This document shows, piece by piece, positions 50,805-59,496 of a DNA stretch of 64,000 nucleotides (position 1 is its first letter; every line of letters begins with the position of its first letter). Under the pieces are notes generated by a model. The model saw only the letters and a list, made by a program, of their open reading frames with translations. It had not been told where the DNA came from and searched no databases. The DNA is from Myxococcota bacterium (GTDB taxonomy: Bacteria > Myxococcota_A > Polyangia > Nannocystales > Nannocystaceae), in NCBI GenBank assembly GCA_039194325.1, contig JBCCWC010000009.1:32001-96000 (forward strand), written 5' to 3'. The translations under genes and the position numbers were made by a program.

Positions 50805-51317
50805 GATGCGCCCAGGCTTCGCACACTCCGGCGCCGGCATCCATGAGGGATCGCCATGATCCCGCAAGTGCCCGCCAACGCAGACGGATCGGCGGTCGAG
50901 CCGCGCGCTTGGTACTAGGACGCTCACGGCCGCTTCGAACGCGCGGGCGACCGCCGGGCTTCCCACCGATCGCCCTACGCACAAAACCAGCGCTCGACCT
51001 GCTCGGGGTTGGGCTCGGGGTCGTGCGCGGGCTCGATCGATTTCAGAACGGGTGGGATCCGGTGAAAGGATCCCGTCCGACCTCGGGCAAACGCCCCGAC
51101 GGGTTTGGGTGTAGGGCGTTGTTGGGCAGAGCGCTCACCCGAGGTCGGTATGGACCGAGAAACCTCACCTGGGTTTGGGCGTGTTGATGAGGATCCCCGG
51201 CTGGGAAGTCGTTGTGGTGGGGGTTCGGGGCGCGCCGCCCCTCTCATCCAATACGACACCAGCGCTGGTGTGGTTTTCCGGCCCCGACGATCGAGTTTTT
51301 TCCAGTCCGGGGATCCT

Positions 51318-52457
51318 TCAGTCCCAGACCACACGGGCCAAGAACGCGATCGACGCAAGCAGCGAGCGCACCGAGGGGTGCCGGTCTCGCCGCCGCACGG
51401 CCAGCCCCTGCACCACGCTGGCGTGCACCCAGCGTGGCACCCGAGTGCCCTCGGGCCGCGGAGCCACCCGGCCGGCCAGGACCTCTTCGGCGATGGCCGA
51501 GGCGGTGGCCCCGACAAAGGGTCGGTAGCCGTAAAGGCCCTCGAACAAGGACACGCTAAAGGCGAATTGGTCGGTCCGGGCGTCGGCGGCGTGGCCGAGG
51601 AACAGCTCGGGCGCCATATAAGCGGGCGTCCCCACCACCACCCCCGCGTGGGTGAGCTCGGCCGGTAGGGTCGCGCCCGGGTCGGGGCCCATCGTGGTCA
51701 GGCCCATCGTGGTCAGGCCCGCGGTGCCATCGATCGTCCGCTCGGGGCTGCCCTGCGTGGTCAGCACGTCGGACGGAGACCGCGACGGGTCGCTCTGTTG
51801 AGTCTGGATGACCCCGGTGGTCTCCAGCCCGGTAATGCGGGACAGAGGCGACCGGGAGTGCTTGCCCTGCTCGTCGACCGTGTCGTCCAAGTCGCCCAAG
51901 AAGGTCGGCCGATGGTACGGATTGCTTCCCGAGGTGGCCTCGACGTCCGAGGTGTCGCCGTCGGGGGGCGGCAAGATCGGAGCCCCGCTCGAGGCCAGCC
52001 CAAAGTCGACCACACGGGCTCGACCATCGCGACCCACCAGCACATTGGCCGGCTTGAAATCGCGATGGACCATCCCCACGTCGTGCGCGGCGGCCAGGCC
52101 CAGCCCTGCCTGGAAGTACATGCTGAGCACCTCGCGCCAGGGCCGGATCGTCTTTTTGAGCCACTCGCGGAGCGACTGCCCGTCAACGAGCTCCATCGCG
52201 ATGTACACCCCGCCCTCGTGCTCGCCCACATCGAACACGGTGGCCACGTTGGGGTGGGACAGCCGGGCCATCGCCTGGGCCTCCTCGCGCAGCTTCTCGC
52301 CGGCCCGGGCCGGGTTCGAGCCCAGCCGGTCGGGGCGCAGCAGCTTGACCGCCACCCGCCGCCCCAGCTCGGGATCGTGGGCGGCGAACACCATCCCCAT
52401 ACCGCCCTCGCCGAGCTGCTCTTCCACGCGATAGCGACCGATCTGGGCGGGGGGCAT
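51318..52457 (-). CDS. Cytoplasmic Ser/Thr protein kinase (no TM or TPR tail)
   Basis: LGEGGMGMV, VAVK, HRDFKPAN, DFG, GTPAYMAPE; long Thr-rich insertion in the activation segment. Confidence 0.9.
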   Translation of the reverse strand: MPPAQIGRYRVEEQLGEGGMGMVFAAHDPELGRRVAVKLLRPDRLGSNPARAGEKLREEAQAMARLSHPNVATVFDVGEHEGGVYIAMELVDGQSLREWLKKTIRPWREVLSMYFQAGLGLAAAHDVGMVHRDFKPANVLVGRDGRARVVDFGLASSGAPILPPPDGDTSDVEATSGSNPYHRPTFLGDLDDTVDEQGKHSRSPLSRITGLETTGVIQTQQSDPSRSPSDVLTTQGSPERTIDGTAGLTTMGLTTMGPDPGATLPAELTHAGVVVGTPAYMAPELFLGHAADARTDQFAFSVSLFEGLYGYRPFVGATASAIAEEVLAGRVAPRPEGTRVPRWVHASVVQGLAVRRRDRHPSVRSLLASIAFLARVVWD

Positions 52458-52570
52458 GGGCAACAGACATGCTAGCTCGGATCCCCGACCGGAGAAATAG
52501 TGGGCGCGTGAGCGGGTCACAGATGACCAGACCGAGCATCCCGGCCGCTCACGCCCCAGACGACCGAGCG

Positions 52571-53221
52571 CTACGACTCCGCAGGCGGCGGATAGACCCC
52601 GCCAGTGGCGTTCTCGACCGCCGCGGCGAGAAAAGCGAGCGAGCGCTCGAGGGTGGCGAAGCATGGGACGTCCGCACCACGAAGCACCTCGAGATCGATC
52701 ATCCGGGTCATTGGCAGCTGGTCGATCGTAGGCTTGTACCGCCGGCTCCCCACGAAGTTACGGCTCAGCCACTCTTTGACGCCCCGACGAGCTTCCCAGT
52801 TGCCCTCGTAGCGAACGCCGGCCTTCAACCCGGGCCGCTGTTGTCCGCTGCGGTCGATGATGGGGCGCCCGGCCATCTGCGAAACGCAGGGGAGGAAGAG
52901 CACTTCGTACTCCCGGTGGAGGAGCACCAAGGCCGAGGGGAACGGGAGCGCCAACGCGCGTAGCCACGATGCCGCCTCGGGCGCGGCTTGCTTGGGGCAC
53001 GCATCATCCTCGTCGCGTAGCACGAGCAACGCGCCGGCATCGGGCATCGATCGCACATACTTGGCCCCGCTCTCGATCCCCTTGCGCAGGTGCAGGTTCT
53101 TCCACCGGATCGGCTTGCCCCACGGCAGCCAGTGACCGGTCGCTTGCCAAGCGCGATTGATGAGATTTCCGGCGGCTTCCACCTCGCCGTGCCCCTCCAC
53201 GAGCATGTATCCCTTGGCCAT
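52571..53221 (-). CDS. TOPRIM-like nuclease (DUF4276-like)
   Basis: LVEGHGE, LRDEDDAC (DxD), EYEVLFL, Y.PTIDQ; 8 bp downstream of the ATPase gene. Confidence 0.75.
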   Translation of the reverse strand: MAKGYMLVEGHGEVEAAGNLINRAWQATGHWLPWGKPIRWKNLHLRKGIESGAKYVRSMPDAGALLVLRDEDDACPKQAAPEAASWLRALALPFPSALVLLHREYEVLFLPCVSQMAGRPIIDRSGQQRPGLKAGVRYEGNWEARRGVKEWLSRNFVGSRRYKPTIDQLPMTRMIDLEVLRGADVPCFATLERSLAFLAAAVENATGGVYPPPAES

Positions 53222-53229
53222 CGCGGGGC

Positions 53230-54387
53230 TTAGGAGATACCGGTTCGATGGCTCTGGGATGCCGCGGTGATTTCGCCGGTCTCTTGCTCGAGGCCCGGAC
53301 CTCGGAGCAGATCCCCCAGGCTCGATAATCGACCCCGCACGGCTTGCTGTTGATGGGAGGCTATCGGACGCACCGTGGTGACCCCATCTCGCCGCTCGAC
53401 AACCCTCACGTCGCCTGCCTCCACATGGTCCAACATCTCCGGGCTATGCGTCGTGATGATGACCTGACTTCTCTCGGTTGCCTGGTGGAGGAAATCATAG
53501 AGCAGGGGAATGGCCCCGGGATGCACGGTAAGCTCGGGCTCCTCGATGCCGATGACAGGCACGGGCGGTTCTTGGAGCAGCGCCGAGATGATGCCCGCGA
53601 CACGTAGTGTGCCGTCCGATTCCTGCTGAGCCCCGAACCACTTGGGCTTTTCGCTGGCCCGGTGCTCGAACATCACCACCAGGTAGCCCGCGGTCGGCTC
53701 GACCTTGATATCGACGGTATCACCGGTCAGCTTGTCCAGAGCCGCGACCAGCTCACTCTTCCAGGTATCGACGGGCTGATCCTTGAGAATGGAGACCCAG
53801 TTCTCCCCGTGGCGCTCCATCGGCCGACGTGGGCTGTATTTTTGGGGGACCCGCAGCGTATCGGGGAAGATCGAATAGACCGACATTGCCCGGAGTGCAT
53901 GCACCAATGGCGAGAATCGCTCATCTCCCCCCACCAGCTGCAACGCCAGCGCCCGACGGCTCAGGGGAGGCCGTAGATCCGACGGTCCCTTGGTCCATTG
54001 CCCGTCGTTCACTCGAAACTCGACCCTGGTCCCGTCGGAACGGGTCAACCGCACGTGCTCGGACGCGACATGGTACGCCTCCACGTCGGTCCCGGTGAGA
54101 ACGAAGCCATAGTGGCCATCGACCCCGTCGCCGAGCACGAGATCCACCTCGACCCGAAGATCGAAGGGCGGCCCCCCGCTCCACCGACGTACGGCCTCGA
54201 TCCCATTACGATACGCCACCGCATCCGGAAGCCCCACGTGCATGGCATCCGAGACGAATCGGATCACATCGACCAGATTGCTCTTGCCCGAGCCATTGAG
54301 CCCAGCCAGAGCCGTGAAGCGACCGAAGTCGACGCAGACGTCCTCGCCGAGGCTGCGATAGTTCGAGACCCTGAGCGACTTGAGCAT
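53230..54387 (-). CDS. ABC/SMC-like ATPase (AAA_21-like)
   Basis: NYRS, Walker A GLNGSGKSN, signature ESDGT, Walker B IGIEEPE, H-loop TTHS. Confidence 0.9.
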   Translation of the reverse strand: MLKSLRVSNYRSLGEDVCVDFGRFTALAGLNGSGKSNLVDVIRFVSDAMHVGLPDAVAYRNGIEAVRRWSGGPPFDLRVEVDLVLGDGVDGHYGFVLTGTDVEAYHVASEHVRLTRSDGTRVEFRVNDGQWTKGPSDLRPPLSRRALALQLVGGDERFSPLVHALRAMSVYSIFPDTLRVPQKYSPRRPMERHGENWVSILKDQPVDTWKSELVAALDKLTGDTVDIKVEPTAGYLVVMFEHRASEKPKWFGAQQESDGTLRVAGIISALLQEPPVPVIGIEEPELTVHPGAIPLLYDFLHQATERSQVIITTHSPEMLDHVEAGDVRVVERRDGVTTVRPIASHQQQAVRGRLSSLGDLLRGPGLEQETGEITAASQSHRTGIS

Positions 54388-54449
54388 GACGCGGTCCGAT
54401 CGACCCTACCGCGGTCCCGACGCGCTCGCCAGCGGGTAGACTGCGCCCG

Positions 54450-56477
54450 ATGGCGAAGGCTCCTCGCTCGCTGGTGCTCGGCACCGCCGGTCACATCGAC
54501 CATGGCAAGACTACCCTGGTCCGAGCGCTGACCGGCGTCGACACCGACCGGCTGCCCGAGGAAAAGAAGCGGGGGATCACCATCGAGCTGGGGTTTGCCG
54601 CCTGGGAGATGACGCCCGAGCTGCGCGCCAGCATCGTGGACATGCCGGGTCACGAGGGGTTCGTACGCACCATGGTCGCAGGCGCCGGGGGGATCGACCT
54701 GGTGATCCTGGTGGTGTCGGCCGAGGACGGGGTGATGCCCCAGACCCGCGAGCACCTCAACGTCTGTCGCCTGCTGGGCATCGAGCACGGGGTGGTGGCG
54801 CTGACCAAGGTCGACCGCCTCGAGGGCGACGAAGAAGCGAGCGAGCTGGCGGTGGAGGACGTCCGCGCCGCGCTCGAGGGCAGCGTGTTCGAGACGTCGA
54901 AGATCGTCCCATGCAGCGGGCAGACCGGCGAGGGGCTCGACACGCTGCGCAAGGAGCTGGTGCGACTGGCGGGCAAGCTGCCCCGCCGCGACAGCCAGGG
55001 CCCGGTGATCCTGCCGATCGATCGCGTGTTCACGATCAAGGGCCACGGCACGGTCGTCACCGGGACGTTACTGTCGGGCGTGGTCGACCTGGGGACCGAC
55101 CAGCACCTGCGGCTGGTCCCCGCAGGCACGGGCCGTGAGACGCGAGAGGTCCGCAGCCGCGGGGCCCAAGTGCGCAGCGCCGACGAGCAGCGCGTGCTGG
55201 CAGGCAACCGGCTGGCGATCAACCTCGCCGGGATCGAGGTGGCCGAGATCCACCGCGGCGACGTGCTGACCCGGGGCCCCACGGTGGCCGCGACCACGGC
55301 GGTGCACGCGATGCTCCAGCACCTGCCGGGCCGCGATCCACCCTGGGCTCACGGGACCAGCGTGCAGCTATGCGCGGGCACGGCCCATACCCCGGCGCGA
55401 CTCGATCCGCTGTGGCACGCGCCGCATCCCGATGGCGAGACGATCCCCGACGGTGAGATCACGATCCCTCCGGGGCACGAGGGGCTGGTGCGGATCCGGC
55501 TGGAGCAGCCCCTACCCCTGTGGCGAGACGAACGGCTGGTGATCCGGGGGTTCTCGTCGTCGACCGCGGTCGGAGCCCACGACGACCAAGGCTTGACCCT
55601 GGGAGGCGGCGTGGTGGTCGACCCCGAGCCCTCCACGGGCCGCGGACAGCGAGCGCGGTGGATCGCGGTAGGCCGAGCGCTGGCCGACCCCGAGCTCGCC
55701 ACGCGGGTCCGGGTGCTGGTGCACGACGCCGGGGTCCAAGGCACCGATCGCACCACAATAGAGCGCCGGGCGGGGCTGCGCGACGCTCGGGAGCTGTTGC
55801 GCTCGATGAGCGAGGGCAAGCACGCGACGCTGGTGCCCCTGGGTCACGATCGCTATGTCCACACCGAAGCGGCGCGCCCCCTGGTCGAGCGAGTGATCGC
55901 AGGCGTCGATCGCTTCCACGCCCAAAACCCCATGCAGCCGGGGATCGGGCGGGCCTCGGCCGAGGGCCTGCTCGGCTCCCGGGTCGCCCCCGCGGTGGCC
56001 GGGTGGGCCGTGGACCAGGCGGTGGCCCGTGGGGCCCTGCGGGCGGTGGACGACCAGGGCACGCTGGCGCGGCCCGGCAAGGGCGTCCCCACCGAGGGGG
56101 CCCTCCCCGAACACATGCAGCGGGTGCTCGATCGCTACGAAGAGGCCGGGCTGACCGCGCCCAACCTCAAGGACGTGCAAGCCGCCTGCGGCCTGTCGAG
56201 TCGGCAGATCCTCGAGATCGTGGGGGTGCTCCAGCGCACCGGGCGGCTGGTCAAGCTCACCCAGGAGATCTCGCTGTCCAAAGCGAGCCACGAGGCGCTG
56301 GTGGACAAGGTGCGCGGCCACCTGCACGAGCACGGCACGATCGACGTACAGGCGCTCAAGGCGATGACCGGGCTGAGCCGCAAGTATGCGGTGCCATTCT
56401 TGGAGCTGCTCGATCAGCTCGGGGTGACGCGACGTGAAGGAGACACGCGGCGGCCGGGACCACGGCTGGACCGGTGA
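54450..56477 (+). CDS. selB: Selenocysteine-specific elongation factor
   Basis: GTAGHIDHGKT, DRLPEEKKRGITIELGF, DMPGHE, TKVD, PIDRVFTIKGHGTVVTGT, C-terminal winged helix LSRKYAVPFLE. Confidence 0.97.
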   Translation: MAKAPRSLVLGTAGHIDHGKTTLVRALTGVDTDRLPEEKKRGITIELGFAAWEMTPELRASIVDMPGHEGFVRTMVAGAGGIDLVILVVSAEDGVMPQTREHLNVCRLLGIEHGVVALTKVDRLEGDEEASELAVEDVRAALEGSVFETSKIVPCSGQTGEGLDTLRKELVRLAGKLPRRDSQGPVILPIDRVFTIKGHGTVVTGTLLSGVVDLGTDQHLRLVPAGTGRETREVRSRGAQVRSADEQRVLAGNRLAINLAGIEVAEIHRGDVLTRGPTVAATTAVHAMLQHLPGRDPPWAHGTSVQLCAGTAHTPARLDPLWHAPHPDGETIPDGEITIPPGHEGLVRIRLEQPLPLWRDERLVIRGFSSSTAVGAHDDQGLTLGGGVVVDPEPSTGRGQRARWIAVGRALADPELATRVRVLVHDAGVQGTDRTTIERRAGLRDARELLRSMSEGKHATLVPLGHDRYVHTEAARPLVERVIAGVDRFHAQNPMQPGIGRASAEGLLGSRVAPAVAGWAVDQAVARGALRAVDDQGTLARPGKGVPTEGALPEHMQRVLDRYEEAGLTAPNLKDVQAACGLSSRQILEIVGVLQRTGRLVKLTQEISLSKASHEALVDKVRGHLHEHGTIDVQALKAMTGLSRKYAVPFLELLDQLGVTRREGDTRRPGPRLDR

Positions 56478-56737
56478 GGCTGTTGTCTATGCCGAGGCCG
56501 GCTCGGGATGCGCGACTTCGTCGCGCCCGGCCTCGGTCTTGCCCATCCACGGTAGCGGCGGTGGCGGGGCCGGCGATGTTGCTGACCGCCTCGGGGTGTC
56601 CGGGCACCGCACCGCACGCGGAGCCCGTCCGGCAGGCCAAGCCCGCGCCGCCGCCCAAGGTCGGGGGGATCCGCCGGGTACGTGCCGAAGGAGGCACGAC
56701 CCTGGTCGAGCTGATGGACTTCGAGGCGCCAGCGTGA
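56474..56737 (+). CDS. Small hypothetical, possibly lipoprotein, coupled to selB
   Basis: GTGA overlap with the selB stop; LLTASGC lipobox-like; ends in TGA. Confidence 0.4.
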   Translation: MRLLSMPRPARDARLRRARPRSCPSTVAAVAGPAMLLTASGCPGTAPHAEPVRQAKPAPPPKVGGIRRVRAEGGTTLVELMDFEAPA

Positions 56738-56748
56738 CTGACCCGACC

Positions 56749-57855
56749 TCAGTGCGCGGCTCGGTCCACGGGCTCGGCACAGATCCCCAAGCTGGCATAA
56801 TCCGCGGGAATCGGCGGCCGGTCGAACACCGCAACGCACACGTGATCGGGCCGCTGCATCGCGGCACACTGCGCATCAGCGTCGGGCTCGCTCGTGTCGC
56901 ACCACCGCGTGCAGCAGCTCGGGGAGCCGCAGCCGCCGTAGGTCGCCGCCGAGATGCACAGCGCGGTCCCGGGGCAGGGCTCGTCGTCGTCGCCGCACTG
57001 GATCGTCGGCGAGAGCACCCGCCCTCCCTGGTCGGGGATGCAAAACGCCGCCCGGCTCGCGGCGAAGTAGCGACAAGCAGCCGCGCCAGCGCAGGGTCGG
57101 GACGCGAGCGGATCGCAAGGAGGGAGACACAGCGCCAGCGCCCCCGCGCCATCGATCATGCACTCGGTGCCCGCGGGGCACACCGGCGAGTCGCCCGGCA
57201 GCCCGCAGAACGGAACGCAGGTGCCCTGCAGGGTGACCGGATCGGCGTCCCAGCACATCGAGCCGATCGGGCAGTCATCGAGCCCCGACACCACGCTGTC
57301 GATGAGGGTACAGATCTGCCCCACGCCCACCGGATCGGGTGAGACCTCGATGCACCGGGTACCGTTCCAGGCGTCACCGCCGTCCTCCGCCCAGGCCACG
57401 CACCGAAAGCCGTCCACGCAGCTCTGCTCCCGCACGTCACAAAGGGCACATTGAGGCGAGACGCCTGGCACCGCCTGAGCACACGCCAGGTCCAGGGGAC
57501 CCACAAAGCCGACCTCGGAGCCGTCGTCGCCCGGACCCTCCTGGCCGAAGGTCGGCCCCGGCGGCTCCCCGACCGTGGTCCCCAAGCTGGGCCCGGTGGT
57601 CGGACCCGTGCTCGAGCCCGCCGCACTGGTCGCACCCACCGATCCCTCGCCTGCAGGCGATGCGGGAGGAACGCACGCACCGAGCGCCAGGAGCACGCCG
57701 GACCACCGCCGTGCGGCGCGGCGCCCGGTTGGCCGCCGCCGGATCTGCGCCCGTACCCGCCACCAGATCCACCCCCGCACCTGCCCTCGCACGACCCGAG
57801 CGTAGAACCGGGGAAAAATCGCGATCAACCCGCGCGCGAGGAACGGCCAGGGCAA
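56749..57855 (-). CDS. Cys-rich myxobacterial lipoprotein
   Basis: Lipobox LGAC, Ser/Thr/Gly linker, CDV..Q.C..G..C.AWA.DGG.AWNGTRC, many Cys; start uncertain. Confidence 0.8.
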   Translation of the reverse strand: MPWPFLARGLIAIFPRFYARVVRGQVRGWIWWRVRAQIRRRPTGRRAARRWSGVLLALGACVPPASPAGEGSVGATSAAGSSTGPTTGPSLGTTVGEPPGPTFGQEGPGDDGSEVGFVGPLDLACAQAVPGVSPQCALCDVREQSCVDGFRCVAWAEDGGDAWNGTRCIEVSPDPVGVGQICTLIDSVVSGLDDCPIGSMCWDADPVTLQGTCVPFCGLPGDSPVCPAGTECMIDGAGALALCLPPCDPLASRPCAGAAACRYFAASRAAFCIPDQGGRVLSPTIQCGDDDEPCPGTALCISAATYGGCGSPSCCTRWCDTSEPDADAQCAAMQRPDHVCVAVFDRPPIPADYASLGICAEPVDRAAH

Positions 57856-57867
57856 CGAGGTACGGGT

Positions 57868-58353
57868 ATGCTGGGGGTCGTGAAGGGACGCGTGACGGGG
57901 CTTTGGGGACTGGCGCTGGTGCTGGCGTGCGACCGCCCCGCCCCCGCCACCGAGCCGGTCGACCGCGTGCTCGCTCTCGAGGTCGACGCCAGCACGGTGG
58001 AGCCGCGGCTGGCCGACGTGGGTGTGCTCTCGGTGGAGGTCTATGGCCTGCGTCAGACCACCTCGCTATGCACGCTGGCTCGTCGCTGCCTCTATCCGCT
58101 CGATCTCGGTCAGCCGCAGACCGGCGATCAGCTCCAGGCCGCGCTCCGCGAGGTGCAGCCCCTGGTCGAGGTCGACGCCAGCGACGCTCACCAGATCGCG
58201 GTCGTGGGCCGAAGCGGCGGCCTATGCGACGAGCAGGGCCCCTTCGTCATGTGCGGCTTCGCCGACCTGGGCACGGCCCGCGACGACGCACTGACCGTCT
58301 CGCTGACCGAAGCGCAGTGCCCAACAACCCTGCCCGAGTTCTGCCCGGGCTGA
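57868..58353 (+). CDS. Small Cys-containing lipoprotein
   Basis: Lipobox VLAC; six further Cys; ATG at 57868. Confidence 0.7.
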   Translation: MLGVVKGRVTGLWGLALVLACDRPAPATEPVDRVLALEVDASTVEPRLADVGVLSVEVYGLRQTTSLCTLARRCLYPLDLGQPQTGDQLQAALREVQPLVEVDASDAHQIAVVGRSGGLCDEQGPFVMCGFADLGTARDDALTVSLTEAQCPTTLPEFCPG

Positions 58354-58430
58354 CGACGCCAGACCATGGACTCCAGTCGAGGTCACCTGCCCCCCACCCC
58401 GCAACCTGCCGAAATCGCACGGCAGCATGT

Positions 58431-58446
58431 CGGTATGCGATGTGCA
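58431..58446 (+). promoter_or_regulatory. Possible sigma54 promoter
   Basis: CGGTATG-CGAT-GTGCA has correct GG-N10-GC spacing, 24 bp before ATG 58471; several mismatches. Confidence 0.35.
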
Positions 58447-58470
58447 CATACCTGGGTGGGGGCCACGACA

Positions 58471-59463
58471 ATGCGCTACACCCGAGATACGCAACACTCG
58501 CGGAACGGAACGAGAGCAGCGGTGATGGCGGCGGCGATGCTGAGCGCCGGCCTGGCCACGGCCTGTGACTCGGGCTCATCGGAGGAACCCTCCGATCCCG
58601 CAATGATGGACGACGAGCAGCTGCGCGAGCTGGACCTGCGCGCGGCCAGACACGGCGTGGCCTCGCTCGATGGCAACCCGGCCTTCGTCCACGTGGGCAA
58701 CCTGTTCGCCTATACGCCCCCGCTGGTCGGCGAGATCGATCCCACCGATGCCGATGCGATCCGACGCCAAGCAGTCGCCGTCGCCCATACCCGCCTGGCG
58801 ATCACCTTCGCCGTGATCGGGTGCACGGCCGACCTGCAGACCGACGAGGACACCACGATCACGGTCGACCTCCAGGGCTGCCGCCTGGCGCTGTGGGAGC
58901 TCGACGCGGACGTACGCGCGGTTGCCCGGGTCGAGATGAGCCCGTGCGAGGCCGGCGAGTGTGCGGAGCGCGTCGTGTGGGAGATGGACGTCGGCGAGCT
59001 CAAGTCGGGGCTCATCGGCTTTCCCAAGAGCGGGTACGTGGGCGGGATCGACATCGGCGCGCCGATCGATCCCGAGGAGCGCATGTCGTGGGCCACCCAG
59101 CCCGGGTTCGCGATCGAGACCGACGACGGCCTTCGCTTCGACACACTCTCCACCGCCGACTGGCTCGTCTACGGCGAGGACAACTGCGTCGAGCTGAACA
59201 TGGGCGCCCGGCTCTCGCTCGAAGAGCGGGAGGATGAGCTCGACGAGCTGCTCGGCGACATCGTGATCTCCGCCCGAGGGATCGAGCGCTGCCCGGGTGA
59301 GTGCGCCACCGCAGGCGACGTGCAGCTGTCGTCCGGGGCGGGCCATGTGCTCCGCTGGACCCACAACGGCGACGAGACGCTGACGATCGAAGCGCCGGGC
59401 GGGCGGCAGCTCGAGCTCACCCCACCGTGCGCCGAGCAACAGCGCTCGATCCGAGATCGATGA
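58471..59463 (+). CDS. Acidic lipoprotein of unknown function
   Basis: Lipobox ATAC; beta-rich, Cys-paired body. Confidence 0.75.
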   Translation: MRYTRDTQHSRNGTRAAVMAAAMLSAGLATACDSGSSEEPSDPAMMDDEQLRELDLRAARHGVASLDGNPAFVHVGNLFAYTPPLVGEIDPTDADAIRRQAVAVAHTRLAITFAVIGCTADLQTDEDTTITVDLQGCRLALWELDADVRAVARVEMSPCEAGECAERVVWEMDVGELKSGLIGFPKSGYVGGIDIGAPIDPEERMSWATQPGFAIETDDGLRFDTLSTADWLVYGEDNCVELNMGARLSLEEREDELDELLGDIVISARGIERCPGECATAGDVQLSSGAGHVLRWTHNGDETLTIEAPGGRQLELTPPCAEQQRSIRDR

Positions 59464-59496
59464 GACCAGCCGCAGTGGCGGCTCCGGCAGGCGGAG

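Noticed and set aside
50975..51517. ORF continuing the kinase by frameshift
   Set aside because: Translation is low-complexity with no TM or TPR motifs expected for the missing tail
54450..56477. selA, selD or tRNA-Sec near selB
   Set aside because: No matching ORF or tRNA-like sequence recognised in the flanks
58351..58366. Selenocysteine readthrough at ...EFCPG-TGA (CxxU-like), in frame with the next ORF
   Set aside because: The downstream gene has its own signal peptide, lipobox and candidate promoter; the upstream protein already has an even number of non-lipidated Cys
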